A stretch of DNA of 64,000 nt from an uncultured Rhizobium sp. (GCA_964461905.1 CAYWVI010000002.1:661-64660); one strand, 5' to 3'. Shown: positions 1-10,711, counted from the stretch's first letter. Program-made: numbers and translations. The notes: generated by a model not told the origin, from the sequence alone.

Positions 1-1
1 T

Positions 2-448
2 AAACATTCCCAGTCTTATAATGAGCCTATAGAAGCCGGACTTAAAAAAGTCTCCCATCTAAGGGGTGCGAACTATCTTTTTCCAGCGATTGCTTTTGTA
101 GCTATCATAATCCTTGTTTGCGTTAAGGGTAGCATTGATAAATCTTTTATTCCAGTTGCAGCCTTATACTCCATAGGAATGTCTTTGGTTTTTTATCATT
201 TAAAATCAGAGACAAGGGATCTAAATATTCTGAAAAATGCTAAAGAATCTTACGAACATAGGGCAAAAGTTGCTGAAACTTTTGTCGCATTTCTGGCTTC
301 TGAAACAAAAGATGAAATCACAAAATCCGAAATGGCAAAACAGGCGGCAATCGCTATGTTCCAAAGGGTTCCCAATGGGTATTTAACTAAAGATCAGATC
401 GAGCCAATTAACCATCCGTTGGCAGAAATTTTAATAAAAAGGAAATAA
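2..448 (+). CDS. hypothetical membrane protein, 5' end outside the window
   Basis: Frame 2 is open from the window edge (KHSQSYNEPIEAGLKK...FPAIAFVAIIILVC...) into the listed 89-aa ORF. It has one hydrophobic segment and no recognisable family. Confidence 0.4.
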   Translation, partial: KHSQSYNEPIEAGLKKVSHLRGANYLFPAIAFVAIIILVCVKGSIDKSFIPVAALYSIGMSLVFYHLKSETRDLNILKNAKESYEHRAKVAETFVAFLASETKDEITKSEMAKQAAIAMFQRVPNGYLTKDQIEPINHPLAEILIKRK

Positions 449-449
449 C

Positions 450-1700
450 ATGTTCTCAAAACTCGAATTTCTCATTGCTTGGCGTTACCTCAAATCAAAA
501 CGCAAAGAGGGTTTTATTTCGGTCATCGCGATTTTTTCTTTTGTGGGAATTATGATTGGCGTGGCGACGTTGATTGTGGTGATGTCGGTGATGAATGGGT
601 TTCGGCATGAGTTGGTGAATCGAATTTTGGGAATTAATTCGCATTTAACGGTTTCAAGCCGTGCGCATCAAATTGCTGATTACGAAAAACTTTTGGGCGA
701 AATAAAGCAAATTGAAGGGGTGAAATTTGCCAATCCGATGGTTGAAAGTCAGGCGATGTTTTCGGTTGCTGGCAAGAATTCTGGCGGGTTGGTGAAGGCG
801 GTGAAATTGGAAGATTTAAAAAATAAAAAACTAATTTCAGAAAATATTCGTGATGGAAATTTGGAAAGTTTACAAAATAAAAATTCAGTAATTGTTGGTG
901 CGGCAGTTGCGCAGAATTTGAATTTAAAAATTGGCGATCCGCTAAAAATAATTTCTGCCGAAACTGCCGAAACCATAATTGGAGCGATTCCGCGCATTAA
1001 AACTTATGAAGTTGGTGGCGTTTTTGAAAGCGGTCTTTACGAATATGATTCAACAACTGTATTTACAAATTTTGAAATGGCGCAAATTCATTTTCGCTTT
1101 CCAGATTCTGTTTCGGCGATTGAAATTTTTGTTGAAGATCCAACCAGAATTGAAGAAATAAAATTTCGTCTTTTTGAAGTTTTGGCAAATTATCCAAACC
1201 TTTATGCAACCGATTGGCAGCAAGCTAATGCAAGCTTTATTGATGCTTTAAAAGTTGAAAGAACGGTGATGTTTTTTATTCTAACTTTAATCATTATTGT
1301 TGCCGCTTTTAACATAATTTCGAGCATGATTATGTTGGTGAATGACAAAAATAAAAACATCGCATTGCTTCGCACTTTAGGCATGAGCAAAACTTCAGTA
1401 ATGAAAATTTTTCTAATTTGTGGATCTTCAATTGGAGTGGTTGGAACATTTTTAGGTTTAACAATTGGCGTTCTTTTTTCTGCCAATATAAACTCTATCA
1501 AGCGTTTTCTTGAATCAATGACCGACACAACTTTGTTTAATCCTGCAATTTATTTTCTTTCAACTTTACCTTCAAAAATTTTTATTTCGGATGTAATTTT
1601 GATTACGGGAATAGCTTTAGCAGTGTCGTTTTTGGCGACGATTTATCCAGCTTACAAAGCTAGTAAATCAAACCCTGCAGAAGTTTTGAGATATGAATAA
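450..1700 (+). CDS. lipoprotein-releasing system permease, LolC/LolE family (FtsX/MacB-type)
   Basis: 416 aa. It shows N-terminal FLIAWRYLKSKRKEGFIS followed by a TM segment, a long periplasmic domain, and a C-terminal 3-TM FtsX bundle ending PAYKASKSNPAEVLRYE. Confidence 0.88.
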   Translation: MFSKLEFLIAWRYLKSKRKEGFISVIAIFSFVGIMIGVATLIVVMSVMNGFRHELVNRILGINSHLTVSSRAHQIADYEKLLGEIKQIEGVKFANPMVESQAMFSVAGKNSGGLVKAVKLEDLKNKKLISENIRDGNLESLQNKNSVIVGAAVAQNLNLKIGDPLKIISAETAETIIGAIPRIKTYEVGGVFESGLYEYDSTTVFTNFEMAQIHFRFPDSVSAIEIFVEDPTRIEEIKFRLFEVLANYPNLYATDWQQANASFIDALKVERTVMFFILTLIIIVAAFNIISSMIMLVNDKNKNIALLRTLGMSKTSVMKIFLICGSSIGVVGTFLGLTIGVLFSANINSIKRFLESMTDTTLFNPAIYFLSTLPSKIFISDVILITGIALAVSFLATIYPAYKASKSNPAEVLRYE

Positions 1701-1719
1701 TTAAATTAAATTTTAAAAT

Positions 1720-2265
1720 ATGAAAAATAACACTGCCCTACAAAAAGAGATCGAACAAATCAAAAATAAGCTTTCCTCACAGGAATTTAATAATTCTGAT
1801 AAAAAAGCTCTGGAAAATGATCTTGCTAAACTTGAAAAATCGGTTGCAGAAAGTGTTGACGTTTATGAACCAAATGAAGATGCACAAAATAAAAATCCTC
1901 AGGAAGAATATTCAGAGGATAATCTAAAAAACTTTGAACTTAAAGATGGCGATAGCGAAAAACTAGAAAAGCTTTGCGCAGAAATTGGAATCAAACATAC
2001 AAGAAATGACGCTGGAGAAATCGCAATTATTATTTTGCCAAAAGGTTGCTCTTCAGATACTTTACACAAAGCTTTAGATGGCGATCAAGCTGCAATAAGA
2101 GAACTAGAAGAAGCCTGCAAACAAGAAGAATATATGAATAAAGCCGATCGTTTTATTGAAAATCTTGCTAACAAAAAACGAGGCCCACAAACAGAAGAAA
2201 ATTCTTGGGTTTCAAAAATAAAAGATCGCGAATCTCAAGAAAATAATAAGGATAAGTCTCTTTAA
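1720..2265 (+). CDS. hypothetical acidic, coiled-coil-rich protein
   Basis: 181-aa ORF rich in E/K/N, with no TM segment or recognisable motif. An intact ORF of this length is unlikely by chance in AT-rich DNA. Confidence 0.5.
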   Translation: MKNNTALQKEIEQIKNKLSSQEFNNSDKKALENDLAKLEKSVAESVDVYEPNEDAQNKNPQEEYSEDNLKNFELKDGDSEKLEKLCAEIGIKHTRNDAGEIAIIILPKGCSSDTLHKALDGDQAAIRELEEACKQEEYMNKADRFIENLANKKRGPQTEENSWVSKIKDRESQENNKDKSL

Positions 2266-2328
2266 GATTTAGATTTTTGTAAAATTATTACTTCCAGCAA
2301 TCGTTTTGTTTATTGACCTTTTTACGAG

Positions 2329-3297
2329 TTATATTTTCAAAATAATTGATCCTGTTGTTTTTCTATTTTCCAAATCTTGATGGGCTTTTTTCACATCTTT
2401 AAAATCATAACTTGTGATTTGTGGTTTTAGAATGCCTTTTTGAGTAGCCGCAAAAACTTCAGCAGCTGAAAGTTTTAACTCGATTTGATTAGATTTATAA
2501 AGTGCCATTGTTGGTCTGGTAAGATATAAAGAATTAGCAACTAAGCGATTTAAATCGAGCTTTTCCACACCACCAGAAGATTCACCATGACTCACGCACA
2601 TTCCCATTGGCCATAGGCAATCAAGAGATTTTTCTAAAGTATTTTTGCCAACACCATCATAAACTACACCAACACCACCGTGATCAGTAATTCTCGCTAT
2701 TTCTTCAACGAAATTTTGTTTTGTGTAGTTAATTACATGATCGCAGCCCGCTGATTTTGCAGCTGGAATTTTTTCGTCACTCCCAACAGTTCCAAAAACT
2801 TCTAAACCTAAAAATTTTGCCCATTGGCAAGCAAGATGACCAACGCCACCAGCAACAGCATGAATTAGAATTTTTTTAGCACGCTTAGCAATATAAACTC
2901 TGTGCATTAAGGCATGAGCCATTAAACCTTTGTGCAAAACAGCAGCAACTTGTTCATCAGATAATGCTGTTGGCGGCACAACTAAATAACGTTGATTAAT
3001 GGCGCGTTTTTCAGCATAAGCTCCTAAACCTCCAGTTGCGTAGGCAACGCGTTCGCCGACTTTAAAATCAGTTACGTTCGATCCAACGCTTTCGATAATT
3101 CCGCAAGCTTCAAGCCCTAAAATTGCTGGCATTTCTGAGATTTTATATTGTCCGCGACGAAAAGAAACATCAAAGAAATTAACGCCAATTGCGGTTTGCT
3201 TAATTAAAACTTCGTCTTTTTTTGGCTTTGGATCGTCAATTTTTTCTAATTTTAAATGTCCAGCATCACCAACTTTATGTAGAACAATAGCTTGCAT
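2329..3297 (-). CDS. qor: NADPH:quinone oxidoreductase (zeta-crystallin-type MDR)
   Basis: 322 aa with GVNFFDV, a GLEACG-type N-terminal domain, the Rossmann motif HAVAGGVGH, and a C-terminal TTGSIILKI typical of Qor. Confidence 0.85.
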   Translation of the reverse strand: MQAIVLHKVGDAGHLKLEKIDDPKPKKDEVLIKQTAIGVNFFDVSFRRGQYKISEMPAILGLEACGIIESVGSNVTDFKVGERVAYATGGLGAYAEKRAINQRYLVVPPTALSDEQVAAVLHKGLMAHALMHRVYIAKRAKKILIHAVAGGVGHLACQWAKFLGLEVFGTVGSDEKIPAAKSAGCDHVINYTKQNFVEEIARITDHGGVGVVYDGVGKNTLEKSLDCLWPMGMCVSHGESSGGVEKLDLNRLVANSLYLTRPTMALYKSNQIELKLSAAEVFAATQKGILKPQITSYDFKDVKKAHQDLENRKTTGSIILKI

Positions 3298-3365
3298 TTT
3301 TGATAAGTGTTTTGAAGTTTTGAGAAAAAAATTTACAACAAAATTCCAATTAAAATTAAACTAAC

Positions 3366-4175
3366 ATGCAACACCAAAATCTCTTTGTTTTTGATATTGA
3401 AACTATTCCAGATATTTCAGCCGCAAAAAATTTGCTTGATATGCCAAAAGGCTCGAAAGACGAGCTAAGACAAGGCCTAACGAAATATCATCTCGACATT
3501 ACTGACGGCAAAAATTCTTTTTTGCGCCAACCATTTCATCAAATTGTAGCGATTAGTTTTTTAGAAGCCGAAATTGTTCGTGATTTCAATGGAAGTGAAT
3601 TTTACAAAATAATTGATATTCGCTCAGGAGGCGACCTAGTTGCAACAGAAGCTGATTTAGTACGTGGTTTTTTTGCTCATCTAAAGAAAAATTTTTCACG
3701 TCTAGTAAGTTTTAACGGCAAAAATTTTGACATGCCTGTCTTAAAATATGCAGCAATGAAACATGAAGTTGAAGCAGCTTGGCTTTATAAATTGGGTGAT
3801 AAATGGAATAATTATAATCAACGATACAGCCTTGATTGGCATTGCGATTTGGCAGAAGCATTTTCTGATTTTGGAGCTTCAGCAAAAGTAAAAATGAATG
3901 AACTTTGTGCCGCTTTTAATCTTCCTGGAAAAATTGGTGTTGATGGATCACAAGTAATGCAAATGTTTGATGATGACAAGCTAGAAGAAATCAGAAATTA
4001 CTGCGAAACTGACGTGATTAATACCTATTTGCTTTACTTAGTTTATCAGCATCACAACGGCTCAATTTCTAAAGATTCTTTTGTGAAATGTAAAAAAAAT
4101 TTGCACGAATTTTTAGAAATAAAATCGCAGTCAAAAACACATTTTGCTGAGTTTTTAAAAGAGTGGAAAATCTAG
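3366..4175 (+). CDS. predicted 3'-5' exonuclease, PolB-exonuclease-like (RNase H fold, COG3298-type)
   Basis: 269 aa. It starts with the LFVFDIETIPD ExoI-like motif, followed by SFNGKNFDMPVL and YCETDVINTYLLYL, matching the stand-alone PolB-exo-like family. Confidence 0.65.
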   Translation: MQHQNLFVFDIETIPDISAAKNLLDMPKGSKDELRQGLTKYHLDITDGKNSFLRQPFHQIVAISFLEAEIVRDFNGSEFYKIIDIRSGGDLVATEADLVRGFFAHLKKNFSRLVSFNGKNFDMPVLKYAAMKHEVEAAWLYKLGDKWNNYNQRYSLDWHCDLAEAFSDFGASAKVKMNELCAAFNLPGKIGVDGSQVMQMFDDDKLEEIRNYCETDVINTYLLYLVYQHHNGSISKDSFVKCKKNLHEFLEIKSQSKTHFAEFLKEWKI

Positions 4176-5099
4176 CTATTTCATTGCCCAAAGCAAAATT
4201 GCTTTTTGAGCGTGAAGGCGATTTTCGGCTTCGTCAAAAACTACCGATTGCTTTGAATCAATTACTCCAGCAGTTACTTCAAAACCACGATAAGCAGGCA
4301 AACAATGAGTAAAAATCGCCGATTTTTTTGCTAATTTCATTAGATTTGCATTCACCTGAAATGGACTCAAAAGATTAATTTTTCTTTGCTTGGCAGCGTC
4401 ATTTTTTTCAGCTTCATCGCCCATTGAAAACCAAGTATCAGTTATAATCACATCGGCGTTTTTTGCGGCTTTTTTGGCATCAGAAAAATGCGAGATTTTT
4501 GCGCCAGATTTTACAGCTTTTTTGATTTCTAAATTACAAAAATCAAATTCTTTAGGAGTGGCAATCGCTAACTCAAAATTAAATGCTTTTGCTGCGTGGA
4601 TGTAGGAGTTTAAAACATTATTTGCATCACCAAACCAAGCTAATTTTTTGCCTGAAATTTTGCCTAAATGCTCCTCAATCGTTAAGATACTGGCAATAAT
4701 TTGGCACGGATGAGAAAAATCCGACAAAGCATTAATAACCGAAACGGAAGAATTTTGTTCTAATTCCAAAATTGTTTGATGAGAGTTTGAGCGAATCATA
4801 ATAGCATCCACAAAACGTGATAAAACTTTTGCAGTATCAGCAACAGTTTCGCCCTTTCCAAGTTGCATATCACTTTTATTCATCACAATTGCGTGACCAC
4901 CAAGTTGATTAATTCCAGCTTCAAAAGAAACACGAGTGCGAGTAGAGGTTTTTTCAAAAATCATTGCCAAATTTTTATGCGGCAAAAGTTTTGCTTGTTT
5001 AGCAGCGTTTTTCTCTTTTTTTAATTTTTTTGCCAAAGCAACAATTGCGAGCAATTCTTTTGCTGGGATTTTATCTAAATCGATGAAGTGTTTTGTCAT
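4176..5099 (-). CDS. argF: ornithine carbamoyltransferase
   Basis: Carries the STRTRVSFE carbamoyl-phosphate motif plus HPCQ and HCLPA motifs. The start was moved to MTKHFIDL (ATG at 5099); the 32-aa upstream extension of the ORF is not OTCase-like. Confidence 0.88.
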   Translation of the reverse strand: MTKHFIDLDKIPAKELLAIVALAKKLKKEKNAAKQAKLLPHKNLAMIFEKTSTRTRVSFEAGINQLGGHAIVMNKSDMQLGKGETVADTAKVLSRFVDAIMIRSNSHQTILELEQNSSVSVINALSDFSHPCQIIASILTIEEHLGKISGKKLAWFGDANNVLNSYIHAAKAFNFELAIATPKEFDFCNLEIKKAVKSGAKISHFSDAKKAAKNADVIITDTWFSMGDEAEKNDAAKQRKINLLSPFQVNANLMKLAKKSAIFTHCLPAYRGFEVTAGVIDSKQSVVFDEAENRLHAQKAILLWAMK

Positions 5100-5215
5100 T
5101 TTAACTTTAAACCTCAGTTGATGAGAAGAACTTAAAATATGTTTTGAAAATTTTAAGAAAGTTGTCGAAGGTAGAAACCAACTTCCATTTGTCAAGTTAT
5201 CAAGATTTTAAATAA

Positions 5216-6376
5216 ATGTCTCAAAAAATTTTTATTGTTAGCGGCGGCACAGGCGGACACATTATTCCAGCGCGCTGTTTAGCACAATATTTCGCTAAAA
5301 ATGGCCATGAAATTTTGTTTCTTGGTGATGAAAAATATCGTAGCTACATCAAAACCGATGATCTTTTTAAATCAAAGATTATCAGCTCTTCTCAAATAAA
5401 AAAATCACCGATTTTTTTGTTAAAAGCTTCTTACAAAATTTTGCTTGGAATTTTGCAATCAACTTATCTTTTTTTAAAAATTAGACCAAAATGTATTTTT
5501 GCTTTTGGTGGCTATTCAACCTTTCCAGCACTTATTGCAGCGATTATAACTCGAACTGAAATAATTCTTCATGAGCAAAATGCTCACTTAGGAAAAGTTA
5601 ATAGAATTTTTATTAACTACGCCAAAAAAATCGGACTTTCATTTCAAACAACATCAGGACTTTCTGAAAAAAATTTGTCCAAAAGTTTTTTTGTAGGAAA
5701 TCCAGTAAGAGACGAAATCTTACTTTTAAACAACATACCTTATGAAATTCCAACCTCTAAAGATCCAGATCTTAACCCAGAGAAAAAAATGGGTTATGAT
5801 TTGCTTTTAGCATCTGATTTTTACGAAGTTTCTCCATCAAAAGCGGTATTTAATATTTTGGTAATTGGAGGCTCAGGAGGTGCAAAAATATTTAGCGAAA
5901 TATTGCCTAAAGCTTTTTTTAATCTTAGCGAAAATTTAAAAGAAGAAATTCACGTAACTCAACAATGTCGTACTGAGTTATTACAACAAACTTTTGAAGC
6001 TTATCGTTCATTTAATGTGAACATAGTTATTGATACATTTTTTGAAGATATGCCTAGTTTAATTAAAGATTCTCACTTAATAATCGCGCGCTCTGGCTCT
6101 TCATCAATTTTTGAATTTTGCGCTGCAAAAAAACCAATGATTTTAGTGCCTTTTGCTTTGGCGGCAGATAATCATCAAGAAAAAAACGCCCGATATTTAG
6201 AAGAAAATGGTGCGGCTATTGTTGTAGAAGAAAAGGATTTCACGATTAATAAAATTAACGAATTACTAAAAAGTTTGATTAGTGATAAATCAACTCTAAG
6301 AAAAATGTCTGAAAATGCTGGCTCTTTAGCAATTTTAGATGCAACTCAAAATCTTGCAAAACTTGCAAATGACTGA
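5216..6376 (+). CDS. murG: UDP-N-acetylglucosamine--N-acetylmuramyl-(pentapeptide) pyrophosphoryl-undecaprenol GlcNAc transferase
   Basis: 386 aa with N-terminal GGTGGHIIPA, GGSGGA and ARSGSSSIFE, plus HQEKNA near the C-terminus. This is the MurG GT28 signature. Confidence 0.92.
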   Translation: MSQKIFIVSGGTGGHIIPARCLAQYFAKNGHEILFLGDEKYRSYIKTDDLFKSKIISSSQIKKSPIFLLKASYKILLGILQSTYLFLKIRPKCIFAFGGYSTFPALIAAIITRTEIILHEQNAHLGKVNRIFINYAKKIGLSFQTTSGLSEKNLSKSFFVGNPVRDEILLLNNIPYEIPTSKDPDLNPEKKMGYDLLLASDFYEVSPSKAVFNILVIGGSGGAKIFSEILPKAFFNLSENLKEEIHVTQQCRTELLQQTFEAYRSFNVNIVIDTFFEDMPSLIKDSHLIIARSGSSSIFEFCAAKKPMILVPFALAADNHQEKNARYLEENGAAIVVEEKDFTINKINELLKSLISDKSTLRKMSENAGSLAILDATQNLAKLAND

Positions 6377-6845
6377 TTTAGAAACAACAAATTACGACCC
6401 CTCAATTGGTCAAATTTTAAAAGAAAAAAGACAGCAATCCGAAATTTCTATCGCTGATGCTTGCACTTATTTAAAAGTAAAAAAAATTGATATTGAAGCA
6501 GTTGAAAGCGATGACTTTGAAAGACTTTCTAGCCATATTTATGCTTTAGGATTTATTCGCTCTTACGCAAAATTATTAAAATTAGATACCCAAATTATTG
6601 AAGAAAAAATCAAGAAACTGCCTATAAAATCTAACGTTGAGAATAAAAAACATCTTTTGGTGAATATTGGCGAAGAAGAAAAATTTAGCCCTAATAAAGA
6701 AATTTTTTTTAACGCTTTAATAATCTCAATTCTGCTGTTTTTAATAACGCTTTCTATTTACAATTCCGTTGAAAAAAACAGCGATTTAATAACCAGCGAA
6801 ACTCTTGTTCGTGAATTAGAAAATACCAATAAAACGCATGAGTGA
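6369..6845 (+). CDS. RodZ-like helix-turn-helix membrane protein
   Basis: Contains IGQILKEKRQQSEISIADACTYLKVKKIDIEAVES (HTH_25/XRE type), YALGFIRSYAKLL and a single TM segment. The start chosen is ATG 6369, overlapping the murG stop (ATGACTGA). Confidence 0.6.
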   Translation: MTDLETTNYDPSIGQILKEKRQQSEISIADACTYLKVKKIDIEAVESDDFERLSSHIYALGFIRSYAKLLKLDTQIIEEKIKKLPIKSNVENKKHLLVNIGEEEKFSPNKEIFFNALIISILLFLITLSIYNSVEKNSDLITSETLVRELENTNKTHE

Positions 6846-9800
6846 TTCCGAAAAAAGCTTTCTAGAAAAACTTAATGAAATCAAAACTAAAATTTTGAAA
6901 TCAGAATTTGTGCGCATTGGATTTCCTATATTTTTTGGCATTTTGCTAATTTTATTTTTGCTGCCATTTTTCTTCAATAATTCTGCTTTAAAATTTCAAA
7001 TTTCACAAAAAGTTAGCCAAACTTTAGGAGCTGATCTTACAATATTAGGAGATGTTGATGTGGCTTTTTTGCCGAGCCCTTCAATCACTTTAAATGAAGT
7101 TTTATTGCGCAATTATTCTGCTAATAAAACACCAGATCGCGACAATAAAATACAAAATATTTACGCTAAAAAAATTCACATCAAATTGGCTTTATTTAAA
7201 GCCTCACAAGGATTAGCCATTAAGAAAATTATTTTTTCAGATGCTATTTTGCAGTCTTATCATGCAAATAATCAAACCACAATTCGCAGTGATAAATTTA
7301 GCGAGCTAACAGCGCAAATTTTGGAAAATCCTCCAAAAAACGAAACAAAAACCACTTCTGGAATTACCACAAAATTATTTTCTATAGGCGAAATTAGCCC
7401 CAATTTAAATGTAGAAAATCTACCTATAATTGTAATAAAAAATGGTTTGGGATTTTTTTATGATAAATTCAATAAACGCAATGAAACCAGCTCTTTAAGC
7501 GCGGAATTAAAATTTAGCAGTAAAAAAATTATTGCTTCTGGAAGCTTTATCTCAGGTGGTGTTGTAAGTAATTTTAAATCACAAATTCGTTTTAATTCTA
7601 ATTCAAAAAAACCAGATTCTTTTTTTGAATTAGTTTCTCCATCCACTGAAATGCGGATCACAGGAAATTTTCTTTCAGAAAATAAAGGAATTTTAGACAG
7701 TATTTTTAAAGGCAAAATTGAGGGAGAAATTTTAGAATTTAAATCTTTTTACAAAAGTTATGTAAGCAATAACGGAGGCTTCGCAGATAAGCTTAAACTA
7801 AATTCTAAACCTATAAAAATTAGTGCTAATATTAGCAGCAATGATGGTTTGATTGAGATTGATGATTTAGTGATAAATTCAAGTTTGGTCAATGGAGAAG
7901 GAGAAATTGATCTAGATTTAAGCAATGATATTCCAGCAATTGATACGCATTTAGATCTTTCTACACTTGATCTAAATAGCTTTTTATCTGACGAAGTTTT
8001 GGCAATTTCTTACAATGAATCGACGTTGGATGATAAATTTAAATCTCTAGGAAATGACGTTGCAGAATCTTTGCCCGCCACAAAAACAGATGAAGTTTTA
8101 GATGGGCAAAAATCACAAATTGTTACAGAAGAAAAAACTCCCAAACTAGAACTAGTAAAAAACCTTCGTGACTTTGATTTAAACGCCGAAATTAAGATTA
8201 ATAACATCGCCTTATTTTCTGGCGAAATCAAAGATGCCAGCTTGTATTTAACAATTTCAAAAGAAGGAGAAATTTTAGTTGCTCCTGCTCTTTTTACAAT
8301 TCCTGGAAATGGAGCGTTTAGAGCTTGGGGAGTTGTTGATAATAGCGGATCTTTGCCAAAATTTATTGGTAAATTTGATCTAACTGGCAAAAGCTTAGAA
8401 GATGTATTTCGTTGGTTAAAAATTGAATCTCAAAGTTTAAAATTTGGTAATCTAAAGGAATATAAAGTTTATTCTGACATACTTCTTACGCCAAATCTTA
8501 GCAAACTAGGTAATTTTTATTTGAGCTTAAATAGCGATAGTAGTGAGTTCTTAGGCGAAATAACAATTGATAATAGCGATAAAATTCCAAACATTAAAAG
8601 CCGTTTTCGTGGCAATAGATTTGATGTTGATGACTATTTTTTTACTTCAAATAACAGCGTTTATTTTTCTCCGGGGCTTTTGGTTAAAAAGCTTTTATGG
8701 CTTAACGACATTACTTCTAGTGCTGATTTAGACTTAACTTTTGATAAAATGATTTATGGCGGAGAAGAATTTTCTAACCAAAAACTACGTTTAAAATTTG
8801 GTCGCGGATACATTCAAATTGATAACCTTGAATTACAATCACCACTTACAGAATTAAAAGCTGATATGCTTGTTGATATTAGCGAAAAAAGCCCGCAATT
8901 CACTTTAAATGTTAACGCAAATAATTTTCATTACGAAGAGGTTAAAGAAAGTGAGGAATATCTTTCTAAATCTTCTAGCCCAGACATAATTGATCGTTTT
9001 TTTGACCTACCTTCTTTGGATAGTTTTAATGGCAACATCAATTTAAATTTTGCTAATTTTAACCTTAATAACCGACCAATTAAAAATTTAAAATTTCAAG
9101 GTCGCTTAATTTCAGGAAACATCAAAAATTCTGTTTTATCAAGCGAGGTTTACGGCGGAACTTTTGATTACACTGGAGTAATTGGACTTGGTTTAAACAA
9201 AATTATCAGCGGCAACATCACAATCAAACAAGCCTTGTTACAAGATTTATTATCTGATTTTTTAGGCGTTAACAATCTTTCTGGAATTGCGAATATTTCA
9301 GCTAGCATAAATTCTTCTGCAGCAAAAAAGGGTGCTTTTAAAGAAAATCTAAACAGCGAAATAAAGTTTAATGTAAATACACCGTCAATCAAAGGTTATG
9401 GTTTAGATAACTTGGTTAAAAAAATGTTTGCCCCACAACAAAATACCAATGATTTGCGTGAACCAGAAAAAGTTATTCTTGATTCGGAAGCTGTAACTTT
9501 GTTTAAAAAATCCGCAGGATCAGTAAAAATTACCAATGGCGTTGGAAAATTAAGCGCGAATATCTCTGGCTCTTTAGTAAATGCTGTTTTGACTGGTTCT
9601 GTTGATATTCCTAAAAATAATACCAACCTTTTGTTTAACGCTATTTTCTTAACTGGAACCAGAAAAAAACCAGTTCCCATCAACATTGCTAGCAATATTG
9701 GCGGCAATTTTAACTCTTTAAATCAAAGCTTAAATATTGATCAGGTTAGACAATATTTTGGATTAGAAAAACTAATCACACCAAAAAATACTAGCAAAGA

Positions 9801-9867
9801 TCCATCTGAGTTACCAATGCCTGACGATCTTAAATCACAAATAATTCAACCAAATTTTGATCAATAA
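6838..9867 (+). CDS. AsmA-family outer-membrane biogenesis protein
   Basis: 1009 aa with an N-terminal TM anchor, a long beta-rich repetitive body and an AsmA-like C-terminal region. The assignment rests on architecture only. Confidence 0.55.
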   Translation: MSDSEKSFLEKLNEIKTKILKSEFVRIGFPIFFGILLILFLLPFFFNNSALKFQISQKVSQTLGADLTILGDVDVAFLPSPSITLNEVLLRNYSANKTPDRDNKIQNIYAKKIHIKLALFKASQGLAIKKIIFSDAILQSYHANNQTTIRSDKFSELTAQILENPPKNETKTTSGITTKLFSIGEISPNLNVENLPIIVIKNGLGFFYDKFNKRNETSSLSAELKFSSKKIIASGSFISGGVVSNFKSQIRFNSNSKKPDSFFELVSPSTEMRITGNFLSENKGILDSIFKGKIEGEILEFKSFYKSYVSNNGGFADKLKLNSKPIKISANISSNDGLIEIDDLVINSSLVNGEGEIDLDLSNDIPAIDTHLDLSTLDLNSFLSDEVLAISYNESTLDDKFKSLGNDVAESLPATKTDEVLDGQKSQIVTEEKTPKLELVKNLRDFDLNAEIKINNIALFSGEIKDASLYLTISKEGEILVAPALFTIPGNGAFRAWGVVDNSGSLPKFIGKFDLTGKSLEDVFRWLKIESQSLKFGNLKEYKVYSDILLTPNLSKLGNFYLSLNSDSSEFLGEITIDNSDKIPNIKSRFRGNRFDVDDYFFTSNNSVYFSPGLLVKKLLWLNDITSSADLDLTFDKMIYGGEEFSNQKLRLKFGRGYIQIDNLELQSPLTELKADMLVDISEKSPQFTLNVNANNFHYEEVKESEEYLSKSSSPDIIDRFFDLPSLDSFNGNINLNFANFNLNNRPIKNLKFQGRLISGNIKNSVLSSEVYGGTFDYTGVIGLGLNKIISGNITIKQALLQDLLSDFLGVNNLSGIANISASINSSAAKKGAFKENLNSEIKFNVNTPSIKGYGLDNLVKKMFAPQQNTNDLREPEKVILDSEAVTLFKKSAGSVKITNGVGKLSANISGSLVNAVLTGSVDIPKNNTNLLFNAIFLTGTRKKPVPINIASNIGGNFNSLNQSLNIDQVRQYFGLEKLITPKNTSKDPSELPMPDDLKSQIIQPNFDQ

Positions 9868-10656
9868 ATGTTAGATTCTGTAAATAAAATTCTGCAAAAA
9901 AAGAATCGTGAAAAAATCACTTGCCTTACAGCCTACAGTTTTGCGATGGCAAAAATTTTAGATGATTTTTGCGACATAATTTTAGTTGGAGATTCTGTTG
10001 GAATGACAATTTATGGTTTTTCAGATACCGTAGATGTTACCTTGGAAATGATGATTAATCATGGAAAAGCCGTGATGCGTGCTACAAAAAAATCTTTTGT
10101 AGTAGTTGATTTGCCTTTTGGAACTTATGAAAACTCAAAAGAACAAGCTTTAGAATCTGCCAAAAAAGTTATTCAAGAAACTGGTTGTCATGCTATTAAA
10201 ATTGAGACTTCTCGCAACTTAGTTTCAACGGTACAATTTCTTGTCGAAAATAAAATTAACGTTATGGCACATGTTGGTTTAATGCCGCAAAGCGTTAGAA
10301 AAATAGGCGGTTACAAATATCAAGGACGTGATGAAAAATCTGCTATTGAAATTTTAGAAACTTCTAAATTGCTAGAACAAGCTGGAGCTTTTGCGATTGT
10401 GATTGAAGCGGTACCTGAAAAATTAGCGGCTGAAATTTCTGCTCAATTAAAAATTCCAACTATTGGAATTGGAGCTTCTTTAGAATGCGACGGACAGGTT
10501 TTAGTAATTGATGATTTATTAGGATTAAACCAAGAATTTAAACCAAAATTTGTAAAACATTATGCCAATTTAGCAGAAGAAATTTCTGCGGCGGTTGCGA
10601 AATTTTGCTCTGATGTAAAAACAAAAAAATTTCCTACTAAAGAAAATTTACTTTAA
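9868..10656 (+). CDS. panB: 3-methyl-2-oxobutanoate hydroxymethyltransferase
   Basis: 262 aa with LTAYSF, ILVGDSVGM, VVVDLPFGTY, IKIE and GHVGLMPQS motifs. Confidence 0.92.
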   Translation: MLDSVNKILQKKNREKITCLTAYSFAMAKILDDFCDIILVGDSVGMTIYGFSDTVDVTLEMMINHGKAVMRATKKSFVVVDLPFGTYENSKEQALESAKKVIQETGCHAIKIETSRNLVSTVQFLVENKINVMAHVGLMPQSVRKIGGYKYQGRDEKSAIEILETSKLLEQAGAFAIVIEAVPEKLAAEISAQLKIPTIGIGASLECDGQVLVIDDLLGLNQEFKPKFVKHYANLAEEISAAVAKFCSDVKTKKFPTKENLL

Positions 10657-10711
10657 TTTTTGGGCTAATTGCACTGAAGAAAATTTTTAGTTGTCTGCTC
10701 TCATCCTATGC

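Noticed and set aside
5100-5195. N-terminal extensions of track ORFs: argF here, and likewise glnA 46156, prfA 57518, metG 57494, nadD 39686, tadA 38412 and rsmE 16276
   Set aside because: The extensions are not homologous to the respective families and often overlap neighbouring genes. Internal ATGs give canonical N-termini.
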